From contig JAHRHZ010000267.1 of the NCBI GenBank assembly GCA_024137785.1, positions 16,053,325-16,117,324 on the forward strand: a DNA stretch of 64,000 bases. Direction: 5' to 3'. Shown in pieces: positions 38,441-51,535 of the stretch. This DNA comes from Ginglymostoma cirratum (taxonomy: Eukaryota). The notes beneath the pieces were generated by a model. It ran no database searches and was not told the origin of the DNA. It worked only from the letters and a program-made list of their open reading frames with translations. Numbering within the stretch: the stretch's first letter is position 1; every line of letters starts with the position of its first letter. The translations under genes were made by a program, and so were the position numbers.

Positions 38441-39249
38441 AAGCTATTAAAAATAACAGACAACTGAGCTGATGAACATAATGCTGAAAAGGATTTCATA
38501 CACAAGCATTCACAATGACAGTATGGAGTTTTGGGCAGTGTAATCTGACGCTGCAATGAAAACTATGAAAACTACTGGTGCCAGTTTTCTGACAAGTAAA
38601 ATGACCAGTACTGGGGTCACCTCCAGTATAAACCATCATAGACAAGTGTATTACGACACATTTCGATCTGGTTTCATATGGATTTAATACTGGTTATAAA
38701 TGTTTTTCCCTCTGGGCTTGCCCTGCTGAGCCATAAGAATCATCTGCCCAAGGACTGTTCTCCAATTCTCACACCCCAAGGGATTGCTTTTAGACCGTCA
38801 AAGGAATTGGAACTCAGATTCTTCTTATTAAAATTTTGATTCCAATAATTATGTGGATAAAGGCAAAGAGATACTGATTCCAAACAACACAAAATGTATA
38901 TGTTTCTACTAAGGCAGAATCAACATTGTGTAGCAATATCCTGTTTGTCCACAATTAGCAGTCTTCCCATCCATCATAATACCATCGTAACTGACAGTAA
39001 GTTGCTAAAGCATAGAGATATAATTATTTTTTCCCTGTGTATCATTCATTTACATGCAATTACTCGACCAGCTGATGTACAAAAGGTGTTTTTAATTCCA
39101 TTAAACTAGTTATTGAATTTATATATTGTGGGTTTATTGATATATTCCAGAGTTTGTAGAAGTACACAAAAATCATGATAAGTCAAATTTCAGAGAAATA
39201 TTCCAGATGTGATGTCACCAAAGCTGTGTATAATTGTAGCAAGATTTCT

Positions 39250-40330
39250 TTGTTGCTGTACCACAGTCCCTTTGCAATGAAAGCCAGCATTCTGTTACCC
39301 TCTTAATTGTTAGCTGCACCTGAATGCTAACTTTCGTGTTCCTGGTACGAGTACCTCCAAGTGCCTCTAAATATGAACATTTACAAATGTCTCACATTTT
39401 ATAAAAAAATCAGTTTTTCTATTATTGCAGAGTGAATAACATCATCCTTCTCCACATTATACTCCATCTGTCATACAATCACACAGCTGCTTAATCTCCC
39501 TGTGTTTACCTCACAAATTTCTTCCCCATTTAAGATTTTATTATCAGCAATTTTAGCTACAATTTTCTATGTCTCTTTTTCCATGTAATTAATATAGATT
39601 GTAAGTGGCTAAGGTCACAGCGGTTAATCATGTGACACTCCTCTAGTTATGGCCTGAAAGCTTGAAGATGCCTTGGTTATCCATGCTCTTGATTTTCTGT
39701 CTGGTAACCAATTTTTACCCATGTTAATATATTACTCCAATTACTCCATGACTTCATGAACCCTGTTATTGTCAATTAACCTTCACGTGGCACCATTTGA
39801 AATATCTTTGAGGCCAAATTGCCCTTCCAGTCTGCTCCACCATTCAATACAATCAGGACAGATTTGATTTTAACTTCAACTCCACATTTCTTGGTAATCA
39901 AGAATATATCTACTTTTGCCATAAAAGTATTAAAATATTCGGCACCATTTGCCTTTGAGGAAGGTAATTCCAAAGATTCATGACTGAGAGACAGAAAAAA
40001 AAAAGTTTCCACACCTCTGTTTTACATGGGCACCTCCTTATTTTTAATCTATTTCAAGATTCTCCCACTAGAAGAAATATTCTTTCATGTCTGCCTCATC
40101 AAATGCCCTCAAGGTTTTGCATGTTTCAATTAAGTCCCCTCTGAATCTTCTAAACTCCAGAGGATACAGGCCTAGTCTGTTTGGCCTTCCCATTCCTTAC
40201 TTGTCTAGACTTTCTCAGTAATATATTTGAGCACTTTTGCAATGACTGATGTTAGATTAACTAGCCTCCAGTTCCTTATTTTCTCCCTCCATCCCTTCTT
40301 GAATAGCAGTGCTAACTTTGCAAAATTGGC
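39250..40330 (-). mobile_element. Cluster of old CR1 fragments
   Basis: ccttctccacattatactccatctg, ttatcagcaatttt, ccaccattcaatacaatc, cttctaaactccagaggatacaggcc, actgatgttagattaactagcct. Confidence 0.75.
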
Positions 40331-40689
40331 ATCCAACTTCAAGAGCCTGTCATTGCCCTTTAATTGAACAGGGCATCTGTTTTCATGACAATTAAGAGGT
40401 GCCCCAGCAAGAATCCCAAAGAATGACTGCTGCCCTTGGAGGAGAATTTAGAAACTTCAAGCAGAATCAGTTCCTGTTTTTAACCCCAAAGTGAAAATTC
40501 AGCCCCTGGAATTTCTGTAAGATTGCCTTTTTTTCCACACAATTCACTCAAAATCAGCCAAAGATGTAAAAATGATTGAAAAGTTTCATGTGAAAATTAC
40601 ATTCAGCGCAATCAATTTTTGCAATCTCTCATGTTTGAGGAGGCCATTAAAGTTGGGTTGGATCTTTTATGACGTGGATGTGAGTTAAA

Positions 40690-40790
40690 GTCATGGTGTC
40701 ATATAGCGCAGAAATAGACTCTCCAGTTCAACTCGTCTGCGCCAAACAGATATTCTGAACTGGTCTAGTCCCATTTGCCAGCATTTGGCC
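40690..40790 (-). mobile_element. CR1 3' tip
   Basis: tctagtcccatttgccagcatttggcc, as at 24940-24966. Confidence 0.75.
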
Positions 40791-41541
40791 AGTTAATGTT
40801 TCAGAAAAGTTTTTGAAAATATTTGGTTTGACTTTTTAAGAATAGGCTTCGCCACAGAAATGTAACCAGCAAATAATCCATTGTAGTATTTCTTAATCGT
40901 TTTTAGTTGGTAAAATCATGTCATCCAGATGCTGATTCAACTGTAGGAAGTTACATCTTTTAACCATATCAATAAACTTCTTTTATCGCAATGTTTAAGA
41001 AAAATATGTTTTCAAATGTTGTTGGCCCTATTTCAAGACAGATTTTACATTTGGTAACATGCATGTCAGTTTAATTCGAGACTTGGGGAATAAACCCTTC
41101 TTAACTAGCATGATTACAGATTCAATTTATATCCAGATTGCTGTTTTCAACAAAAAGGAAATCTCTATACTCCTGAAGTTTCTTGAAAGATTTGGTTTAT
41201 GTTTGAGACTAACATGATAAACTCTTTAACGAGGTGTCCTTTTCTTTTTTGGCAGGGAAACAAGGTCTAAGCAACATTATTTATATCTGATTTCATTCAT
41301 GAATTTCAGAAAGGCTTTTTCAAGTTATTTGGTAAGGACTTTCTAATTTATAATTAATTTATACTGTAATGCATTACTACCTTAAGCTTCAAAGTGTTGC
41401 ATGTGCTAATATTCATTACTTTGCAAAGAAAAATAGTTCATATTTAATTAAAATATATATTAACACTGTCACATCTTCAATACATTTATACACAGTTATC
41501 ACAATATAAGGAATAAAAACAAAACAAATGGCTAATATCTA

Positions 41542-42370
41542 TGTTCCCAGCCAATGTTGACTTTGGACAAGTCAGACCTCAGAGTGAAACCTGGCTTGGT
41601 AGACACTAACTTTGTGTTATTCTTTAAATATGAAGGTCAGTTATTGAATACATTCACGAGAGCATAACAGTGCACTTTTAATATAAACAATAGAATATTT
41701 ATTAAATTAAAAAAGACATGGACTGCATTACAAGAGACAAAAAGGCTGAAACGATTTCATAACGCACATCAGAAAAACTTCCAAATTCACACTATTCCTT
41801 TTAGGCCTGCAATCTCCTTACAAACATCACTGAAGAGTTGTCACAATCTTTATACCTATCATTGTTGCCCAGTTGAGATAATTGCACTTCCTTCTGGCAA
41901 GTTTCTCCATATTAGCTGCATAAAATTTTTCCTTCTGTTGGTATCCTTCCATGAGACATCAAAAATAAGTTGCAAACTAAACTCATTGTACTGTTAGTTC
42001 CCCAGCAAATGAATGAGGTCCTTAATCTTAGTTTTCAGCGAACTTTCTCTTGCACACTGACTCACTATTCAGTGTTACATCTCTTTGCGTCCCTGGAACC
42101 ATGTTAGTCAGTGACAACAGTTTGTTAAATCTTTTTTAAACGCACTGTCTAGGAAGCCTTCATGTCTTCATTGCAAAAGGTACAAACCATAAAGGAAAAT
42201 GCACACAAATAGACAAGCCTTCAGACCCCCTAGTACCAAGTTCACAAAACCAATTGTTGACAAAAATAAAGTAAAAACCTTCACCCCATTCTTAGCACAC
42301 AAAATTGAAACATAAGTCAAACTTAAAGGGAAATATTGTTCCAAATAAAAGACAATTAATACTCCTGACA
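41542..42370 (-). mobile_element. Putative solo LTR
   Basis: TG...CA termini (tgttcccagccaatg ... ctcctgaca); antisense aataaa near 41698; no clean TSD. Confidence 0.5.
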
Positions 42371-42889
42371 CTTGAACCTTTGCATTGAAGGTGTTTTTAG
42401 TGCCTTCTTTACACAGGGAGGATTATTCATTGGGCTGAATTCTCCCAGCTCCTGAATGATGTTGGCAATGGTGAGTTAGCTGGGAAAATATGGAGAGATT
42501 GGAAAAATCAGACTTCTGATGACATTGAGAATAAAAAGTCTGGCTTTGGACCCATGGTTTGAACAGCAAGATGTAAAACTTGCTAGTCAACAGCCACAGC
42601 CGATTTGAATCACACTAATACTCATTCAATCTTCTTTAAATGCAGTTTGTTCTTCTCCCATGCTTCTGGGAGAAAATATATGGTAACAAATCCTTACATG
42701 AAAGAAAGAGCAGGTACCTGGTGACTCCAGCTCGCCACTTGCTCCTCCTGCCTCCATCTTGGCCACCAGATCCCAACATCATATAACACTCCCCATTTGC
42801 ATTCAAGTCCATGGAGGTAGGCATAACACATGCATCAACTTCTCCACTATTACTAACCCAATCCTGGGAGAGATTCCCCAATTCATTAC

Positions 42890-43683
42890 AGTTCAAGATT
42901 GGATACCCTAAACCGTTAAGCCCCTCAATGGGGTAGGATGAACTAGTTCCTTTCTCTATTTACTCCTCCCTCCTCCCACCCAGGTTGGTTGCAATAGAGT
43001 TAATCTAGAAATTGATCTCTTCCCTTATGGATACTTTCTTGTGTTTTTCAAGGAGTCAATTTAACCAGATTTTCTAGAATTAAGAAAGAGTGAGTTTATT
43101 CAGTACTAAACACAAGAAAAAATAGTATTGCAACACGAATGCACACAGACTGGAAATAAGAGGTGAACCTAGCTGCTAGCTAGCTAGTTTCTAGCATTCA
43201 AAGTGAGAGAGGTTCTTTATCTGCAACACTCAGGGACATAGTTCTTTGACTGTAACATCTACAATGTGTTAATACTCAAACTCAGGTTGGTACACGCAAG
43301 AGTATTAAGTCCCACAAGTACCCTTCAGTCGATCTGAAGCTAACTTTTTCAACCCACCTTTGTGTGTGTTTCAAAGGAGAAAACTCAAAGTTTGTCTGAA
43401 GTTTGGGATATAATCTGCAGGGGTGATTAGACCCTCCTCATCTTTGTGATCAAAGGAAATCACAGATCAGTTTGTTTTAACTTTTACGTCTCCCCCTCCT
43501 CACTTTCTCCCATCACCAAACAGCACTCCCCATGCCCAAACCTTTGCCCTGAAAGTGTGAAATTCCTTAGGTCTTTATTTGTAGACAGCTACTTAATTTA
43601 TATTTACAGCCCTTTTTGGCTTTCCAAAAAATAAATTCAAATTACATGATTAAAAATGACCACAAAATTCCAGAGTTCTGACA
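42890..43683 (-). mobile_element. Putative solo LTR
   Basis: Antisense aataaa (tttatt near 43095); ends gttctgaca like the 42370 end. Confidence 0.4.
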
Positions 43684-45639
43684 GCATACCATCATGGCAC
43701 AGCTTACACTCACTTAGAATACCATTATCCACTTCAATGCTGCACTTTGGAGTGCACTGACACATTGTGTTGTAATATTGCTGCTAAGCTGCCTGTGTAC
43801 AAGGACAGGCAGCCATCTGATAACTGGGGAAGCTTGCATCTCAGGGATTTTCACTTGCTTTCTTTGCATTCACTCGTTTTGTGCCTACTTCAGTGCTCAC
43901 AGTATCACCGCCTTGCCTCGCCTTCTTGCAGTTTGCAATCTCTTTCAGAATTTACCGGCTCACAATAGTTCCATTCTTTCCTTGTGCTTTAGTGCAGATA
44001 TCAAGCCAAGCAGCCTGTCATATTTGCTAGCAATGATCAGTCAACAGGTGGGGGTGAAGGGGGGACGCAAATTATTGTATGGCAGTGTGCTGTATTAGTG
44101 TCACACCGAAAGTATGCACCAGCAGCTTACACAGCAAACACACTGCATGTGCTGCAACCAAATGATCATGTCTCAAAGTCCAGGAGGGATTGTCCTCAGT
44201 GAAATACAAAAGGACTGCTGTCACTCAGGTGCTCCCACCACAGTTCAGGGCAATGCCCTACCACAGTCCAAGGCAATGTCCTACCTTATTCCATGGGATT
44301 GGACATGGCCTGTCGGCTGCTTTGGGTGGTCTGGTTCAGGGGTTTTGAATTACACCAGGTCAAGCAGTGGGTCACAGTCAGTCCTACAGGTCCTGTGCAA
44401 CCAGCTAGAAATTAGTGATGAATCAGTCAGGGAGCTGCACAGAGACCAGTTTAGGTTCTGGTTACTCATCATTCAAGTCCATCTTTCCAAATCAGTCAGT
44501 GGAGTGGTTACAATCAGTCTTGAGGGTCTGTTCACTGAAAGTTAAGACAAGTTATCAGGGGCCAGTGTTATAGTTGGGAAGTCAATTTTCAGGATCAGAG
44601 TTAGAATGTTGGAATTTAGAGGAAGCAATAATTATGACAAGTGCCAAATGAATGTAGGGAGACCATAACGCATTGCAAGAAGGTGGGTTACTGTGGAAAG
44701 GAAGGTTATCAAATGCCACCACCACCCTGACTTTGATAGGGCCTCTGCGCATTACTACATTTAACATGGCTAAACTGTAAGTCCAAGGTTCTGAGAATCA
44801 TACCATGTGTTGCCTTCCATCTTCATCAGCATTGGAAATGTGCAATGGGAATGGAAAATGAATGCCACTGTGGCCAGTGGGTTGAGTAATTTTTTTTACT
44901 ATCAGAGGATATGGTTGGTACCTCAAAGCAATGTGACACTATTCAAAGAGGTAATTACATTAATCAGATACTTATATAAACAGGTTAGAAAACATTCATA
45001 TTCATAGAATCCTGCATGTGAATCAGTCTGTTTCAATAACAATAATAGCATTGGTATTTTCTATAACAAATTGATCACAGTCATCTCTATGAAACTAAAG
45101 TAATGTCACGCAACCTTAAAAGTGTCTTCTGTGAGCCACAATTCACAGAGACAATTCAAGACCCCATAGGCTACAGAAGGACATGGAGCTGACTTCCTCT
45201 CACCTGTACTGCAAAAAGTTGCTGACATGTTTCTTTTCTTGGCTGATGGACGGTGAGAGTCAAGGTTTTATTTATCATGCTACATACACAATCTCTGACT
45301 GTATTTGTAAGACATGACTTGAGCTGCATACATCAGAATAAGGTCTACTATGTCAGAAGTCTATTATAGACAACCATCCTTGTCAGAGCCCTTCGTATCC
45401 CACTGCATCATTGACTATGTTAAACCATCAGCATTATCTGATGCTAGTGCAGTCTACTCACATTACTAAGAACCTGTTCTTTTTCTGATAATCCTCACAC
45501 AGGTTCAATTAGAGCTTATCATAGCTATGGCTGCGGTATACAGAGGCACAGAGAAATTAAGGAACAGCAAATGCTCCAGCAGGGCCAGGACTAGAAGCAG
45601 CCTTTAATCACTGCCCAACAGCTACTATGGGAAGAAATA

Positions 45640-46388
45640 ATGCCTCAGGATATTGACCAATGTATCAATGGTGTTAGAGATGCACTTTCTGACAGATTGC
45701 ACTTTTGATCTCATTTCCCTGTAATGAGGTCAGTGCTGCACCCAGAAGGTATTTGCCAATATGCCTGTCTTCATCCAGGCACAGGACAGTGCAGACTGTA
45801 CACAATTGCATTGAGAGGGCCACTTCATAACATGGCTGACTTCATCAACTGTAAATGGTTTTATTCCAACAATACACCAGACATCTGTGATCATCTATCT
45901 CACATCTTAAAAGCCTGAGGCAGGTAGTTTGGAGTGTTACATGATACCTATATCCTTGAGCCCTCTCATGTTGCTGCTTCAGTTTAAGGACAAGATGCCT
46001 CACAAGAATGGTTACTGGAAGACCAAGGCGATCCTCTGCAACCATTGCTGATGATTTCATTACGCAACCCTGACTATGGCTGAACATAGATACAGTGCTG
46101 CCCGTTCCTCCACCAAAGCCATTCTGGTCATAATTCTCAGATTAGTCTGAGGGGGAGCTTGTGGTATGCTCTTGACAGTGTGCCACATAACCCTAACACG
46201 CCACGCCCCAACCACTACAGCAGTCAAAAAGGGGAAGTGACTGACACTGAAGAGCTGGAAAAGAAACAGGAGTCTTCTGAGGAGGCAGACAAACATTGAA
46301 CAAGAGGAACATCAACTTCAGCATGATAGAGGGATTCAGCATTAGGCACAACAAGCCAGATGGGACTTTATTCACACCCACTTCTGAC
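45640..46388 (+). pseudogene. PIF/Harbinger DDE transposase fossil (HARBI1-like)
   Basis: Across frameshifts: CINGVRDAL, DCT-IALRGP, FINCKWFYSNNTPDICDH (cf. FVNRKGFHSINVQLVCD), WLLEDQGDPLQPLLMISLRNP (cf. WLLGDSGYPL-PWLMTP), AEHRYSAARSSTKAI, acidic tail, ARWDFIHTHF*. Confidence 0.82.
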
Positions 46389-47569
46389 AGATAGCAGCTG
46401 GACACTGTGATCATTCATTGACAGTAAACTTGCTGCTCAAGTGGTAAGCAATCCTTATTTGTTCGCAAAAGCAAATGCAGTTTTTACGTGTTATCTTTCC
46501 TTTTCCTTGTTGTTCAATAAAGATTAACGTTTTCAACTGTTTGAAGACTTTCCAGTATGCGAAATACCCACACTAAACAATGAGATGATGCTACGCTACA
46601 CTGTGCATGAGAGAAAGAGTAGCTCATAAAAATACAGGGCTAGAAACTTTGTGTGCATCAAATATGTAGACCCTTTAGATGGGAGTAGTTCAGTGTCATG
46701 CATAGTGTGCAGTCTAAATATGAGATTGGTGATCCCTGTAATCTTACTGTTTTATCTGATCACAGGATTTGTAAATTCTTCATTTTCCTCCACCATTCAA
46801 TTTATGGTAAGGTACAGTGCTATGGAGGGTAGTGTCTGTAACTTCATTCTTGCAGGTGCTGTTAAAGTGACGGTCAATCAGACAGGTAAAGATGTAAAGT
46901 AGCGATACGTTTATAAATGTGAGTTTCTACTTCCAATGAAGTGATACATATGTCAACTTTGTGCCTTCAGAAGCGCTACTTTTTTGTTTCCCGTCTACTA
47001 CATGTGCTGCGAAGGTTCTATTTGTGGCTTAGAACAATTGATCTTGTGCTTACATGGGTTTTAAGTATGAGACTGATAGTAGAAATCGCTCATGGTCCCA
47101 GCAATTGAAAATACTCCTGTTCGTGGAGATAAGCTCTCCATGAAACTCACTAAAATTGACGGTCAGCTGATATTTGTTAAAGTACATCCCATTGCTTTTG
47201 CTGGTAAAGGAACTATAAAACCTTCATTTTTGAACAATGGACCAATGTCATGATTCTGACTCATTATCCTTACAAATGCCTTAATATGTTGATTGCTGAG
47301 TGGAGGCTTACTTCAAATTTTTAAATGAGTACGATTTCATTTGTATGAAAAGAGCTGCTAGCTAACATTTGATTTCGCAAGATTAATAATGTATTCCCAT
47401 ATTTTTGCATGATATTCTGTGCAACAAACCTGCTGCCATTCAGTAATCGATTACAATTCCAACAATTATGTTGATAAACATATTTCCAGATGTTGAACTG
47501 GCAGGAATTGAAATGTTATCGAAATGATTCTGTCTATGTCTGGGAAACACGGATTAAAAGAGCAGCCAG

Positions 47570-48492
47570 AGACAGTAAGAACTGCCGATGCTGGAGTCAG
47601 AGATAACACAGTGTGGAGCTGGAGGCATCATTGTGAGAAATGTACAATCCAACCCCACAATCAAAGATGTATGTCCCTCCCCACTCCTATCTGCTTTTCG
47701 TAGGGACCACTGTTTCTGCGACTCACTTGTCTGCTCCACCCTCCCCATTAGCCCCACCACTCCTGGCACCTTTCCCTGCAACTGCAGGAAGTGCCACACC
47801 TGCCCCTACACTCCCGCCTCACCTCCATCCAAGGCACCAAACAAACCTTTCACATCAGACAGAGGTTCACCTGCACATCAGTCAATGTGGCCTATTGCAT
47901 CCATTGCATTCGATGTGGCCTCCTCTACATCGGTGAGACCAAGCAGAGACTTGGAGCCCGCTCTGTAGAACACTTGTGATCTGTTCATGACAAACGACAA
48001 CACCTTCCAGTCGCAACCATTTCAACTGTCCCTCCCACTCCCTGGGTGACATATCCATCCTGGGCCTCCTCCAGTGTCACAATGACGCCACCCGGAAACT
48101 GGAGGAGCAGCTTCTCATATCCCGCCTTGGGAGCCTGCAGCCCAATGACCTAAATGTGGACTTTACCAGTTTCAAAATCTCCCCACACCCGGCTTCATCC
48201 CATGACCAAAGTTCCCTCTCATCCTCGCCTCCTTGACATGACACAACCTGTCCATCTTCTCTCCCACCTAGTCGTTCCTCCCACCTCACTAACCAATTCC
48301 CACTACTGCCTACCTGCACTCATCTATCACCTTCCCACCTACCTTCCCCAGCCTGACCCTTCCCCTCTCTCATTATTTCTGAGGTCTCTTCCCCCTGCCC
48401 CATTTCTGAAGAAGGGTCCCGTCCCAAAACGTCAACTTTCCTGCTCCTCCGATGCTGCCTGACCTGCTGTGTTCCTCCAGCTCCTCACTGTG
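47570..48492 (+). mobile_element. PLE with GIY-YIG endonuclease remnant, inverted 5' arm and 16-bp TSD
   Basis: FTCTSVNVAYCIHCIRCGLLYIGETKQRLGARSVEHL; TSD ttaaaagagcagccag at 47554-47569 and 48493-48508. Confidence 0.95.
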
Positions 48493-49753
48493 TTAAAAGA
48501 GCAGCCAGTCTCTCAAAGCTACAGGGCAAAATGACGACATGCAGTTGGCTTCTTGATTTTCATGAAGTGCTGAAAATACAGATTACAAAGCTTCTAAGGC
48601 ATTACTGGGAGGAACCTTCACTGAATTACAGCGATAAGTACAAAAGACAATCAATGTCCCAAATATAAGAGTTGTGGCATGAGAGAAATAGTGAGGGAAA
48701 GCGAAGACTTGGCAATTTCAGTCAAATCCTATGATCAGATACAGCAGTAAAACAGATTACAGGGATCATCAGTCTTATCTTCGGGCTGCATGACACTAAG
48801 CTTCTCTGAACTACTGCATCCACATATTTGACACACACCAAGTTTCTCACCTTGTTTTGGAGTAGAAGTAATATAGGCAGAGCCAGCACTCACTGTTCTT
48901 ACACTGGCCAACCAGTTCCAGTTGAACATGTGCAGTTGAACACAGAAATCTGGAAGAGGCTGTTCAACTTGTACCATTTCTTTAGGAGTTTTACTATGTT
49001 GGTATCATGACAAACAATTGGGTTTTTAATCAGGTGACATGGAATTATGTTGCTCCAGGAGTAAATACGAAACTCAATAAGAGAAGTTGGAGCCTTACCA
49101 TTCCAGAATACATAACATGTCAATGGCACAATCTCTTAATTATTGTTAAGCAGTCTCTGAAATTAACTTTAGCAAGTGTGGAGTCATTTTCCTTTAGCTG
49201 AATTGAAAATGAGAGAGACAGAATAGGAGCATTTTTTCGTTTTTAATCTTTTATCCATTTCTCTACTCCCATCATTTTTTTCCCATTCCTTTTTTTAATT
49301 TGGTATGGAATTAAATACTTTGATTACCATTACTTGGTTGGACTCTGGGACACTATTCTACCTTATTCAAAACTCATTAATTTAAAGAGTTAAAATTAGG
49401 CTCTTCTTAATGTCCCAGTAAGGGTTTTTCCACTTGATTTGTGAGCAAGTTATTGGTTACCAAGTTCACACATTTATCAGGTCGCCTGCAACCAAAATGG
49501 CTTTTTAATTATTACAAGTTCTGGTGCAAATGTGTAAATGAAAGACTGGCACATTTCTTGCTGCTGATGACTAAACCTGGGCCATAATTGTCATTTGTGC
49601 AATATTCATTAAAAAAAAATTTTTAATTGACTGTTTGTGAAAAAGTCAATTGACTACAGAATAACTATTTTTGACTAAATAAAGAAGAAATAAAGAACTT
49701 GTGTTTACATCACTGAATATCAAGGCATCTCAACTTGTTTTATAGTCAATTAA

Positions 49754-49950
49754 AGGTAACAAGGTGTGGAGCTGGATGAACACAGCAGGTCAGGCAGCAT
49801 CAGAGGAGCAGGAAAGCTGACGTTTTAGGTCTGGACCATTTAGCTTTCCTGCTCCTCTGATGCTGCTTGACCTGCTGTGTTCATCCAGCTCTACACTTTG
49901 CTATTTCAGATTCTCCAGCATCGGCAGTTCCTACTAGTTCCCACTATCTC
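49754..49950. mobile_element. PLE fold-back hairpin with 14-bp TSD
   Basis: TSD ttatagtcaattaa at 49740-49753 and 49951-49964; inverted arms. Confidence 0.92.
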
Positions 49951-50029
49951 TTATAGTCAATTAAGTACTGTTTGAAGAATAGTTGCTTATGTAAAGTAAG
50001 GAAAACAGTTTGACATATTGAGTATTGAG

Positions 50030-50130
50030 AACAAAAACCCATTAATGCTGGAAATTTGAAATAGACGACGAAAAAGTTGCTGGAAATGATGAACAAATCC
50101 AGCAGTATGGATAGCATGGATAGAGAAACA
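50030..50130 (-). mobile_element. Old PLE terminus
   Basis: aatgctggaaatttgaaata...ttgctggaaat...gagaaacaga. Confidence 0.55.
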
Positions 50131-50255
50131 GACACCCCTATTTCCATTCCCAGGTTGGGAGCACAGTAACAGCATGTTTCTCAGTTCCACAAATCTGAGC
50201 TAGGAAAAACTGTCTCAGCACATTTTCAATCTGGCTGGTGATGTTATTGATCTCT

Positions 50256-50590
50256 TTATTCATTCACAGGATGATGGCATCGCTGACTGGGCAGGATTTA
50301 TTGCCCAGAGGGCAGTTCAGAGTCATCCACATCGTTGTGGATCTGGAGTCACATGTAAGCCAGACCAGGTAAGGATGGCAGTTTCCTTCCCTAAAGGCCA
50401 TTAGTGAATCAGATGGGTTTTTCCGACAATTGACAATGGATTCATGGTCATCATTAGGTTCTTAACTCCAGACATTTTATTGAATTCAAATTCCAACATC
50501 TGCCCTGGCGGGATTCAAGCCCGGCTCCCGAGAACATTATTTGGGTCTGCTTATTAACAATCCAATGATAACACCACTAGGTTATAGCCT
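50256..50590 (-). mobile_element. SacSINE1-type Deu-domain SINE
   Basis: Antisense tRNA-like head (ggcgggattcaagccc B box), Deu domain (ctggagtcacatgtaagccagaccaggtaaggatggcagtttccttccctaaagg), tail shared with LINE family A. Confidence 0.85.
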
Positions 50591-51179
50591 TATTGATAAA
50601 GTGAGCAGTATCATGCCAGCATGTGATACCTCATAAATGGCACCCTTTGCTACTTTACCCATCCCCCATGGTTCCTCATGGCCCCTTTGTAAACATATGA
50701 CAGTGTACTCACCCTGGTTCGTTACAACCCCAGTGCTAACTTAGTATCAATTCATGCAACCCCATTCCCTCAATTTTTCATTCTCTTGTTTCCCGTCTCC
50801 ATGCTATCTCACCTACTATCCTCCATGGGATGATCTTATGAGCTTTACTGATGGAAGAGCTTGTTATATGTCTGCTCACAATATTGCCATTTAAAAAAAA
50901 ATTCTTTGGTAAAAGATATCAATGCATGAAATTCCTTCAAATAATCTCTTATGAACACTAACTATTTTTCAGCATTAGTAGTTATTTGATAGCATTGACC
51001 ATTCTTTTGACAGATTAACAGTCTGTTGAAAGCTTTTGTTAGTTCCATTGCAATTTTTAAGAAAATTCACAAATATTTCAAACAATGCCAATAGTTACCT
51101 GAACCATCCCACTCAAGAGCAGCTGACACCCCTGCCTCCCCCAAAGTGTTCAATAATTTCAGACCATAAACGGTATCCC

Positions 51180-51535
51180 TCCATTTACTTCTGTTCTGTC
51201 TGCTATTCCAGTCATAATCTTGTTTTTCTAATTTTTACTTTCAGACGCAGCTTTTCATTATTTTGCCACTTGCACCCACCCTGAAGCATTTCTTTATAAA
51301 TATTACCAATCCCTTTGCCTTTTGTATAATGAAACATTTTACCATGCAATCTCTCTTGCCTTTTAGTATATCAGCCAGAACTTTTCTGCCGTTTTACCCT
51401 TTCTCTTTTCATTCACTCAATCATATTACCTCTCTATCTTCTTTCAGTTCTGGAGGAAGTTCCCTGATCTGAAACATTTTCTCTGTTTCTCTATCTGCCA
51501 AACTTGCTGAGTATTTCCAACAATTTCTGACTAAT
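51180..51535 (+). mobile_element. Old PLE 3' UTR and terminus
   Basis: Pyrimidine-rich UTR, then cagttctggaggaag...ctgaaacatt...cttgctgagtatttccaacaatttctg. Confidence 0.55.

Noticed and set aside
44114-44545. 143-aa ORF
   Set aside because: No recognisable motifs; lies in probable decayed transposon sequence
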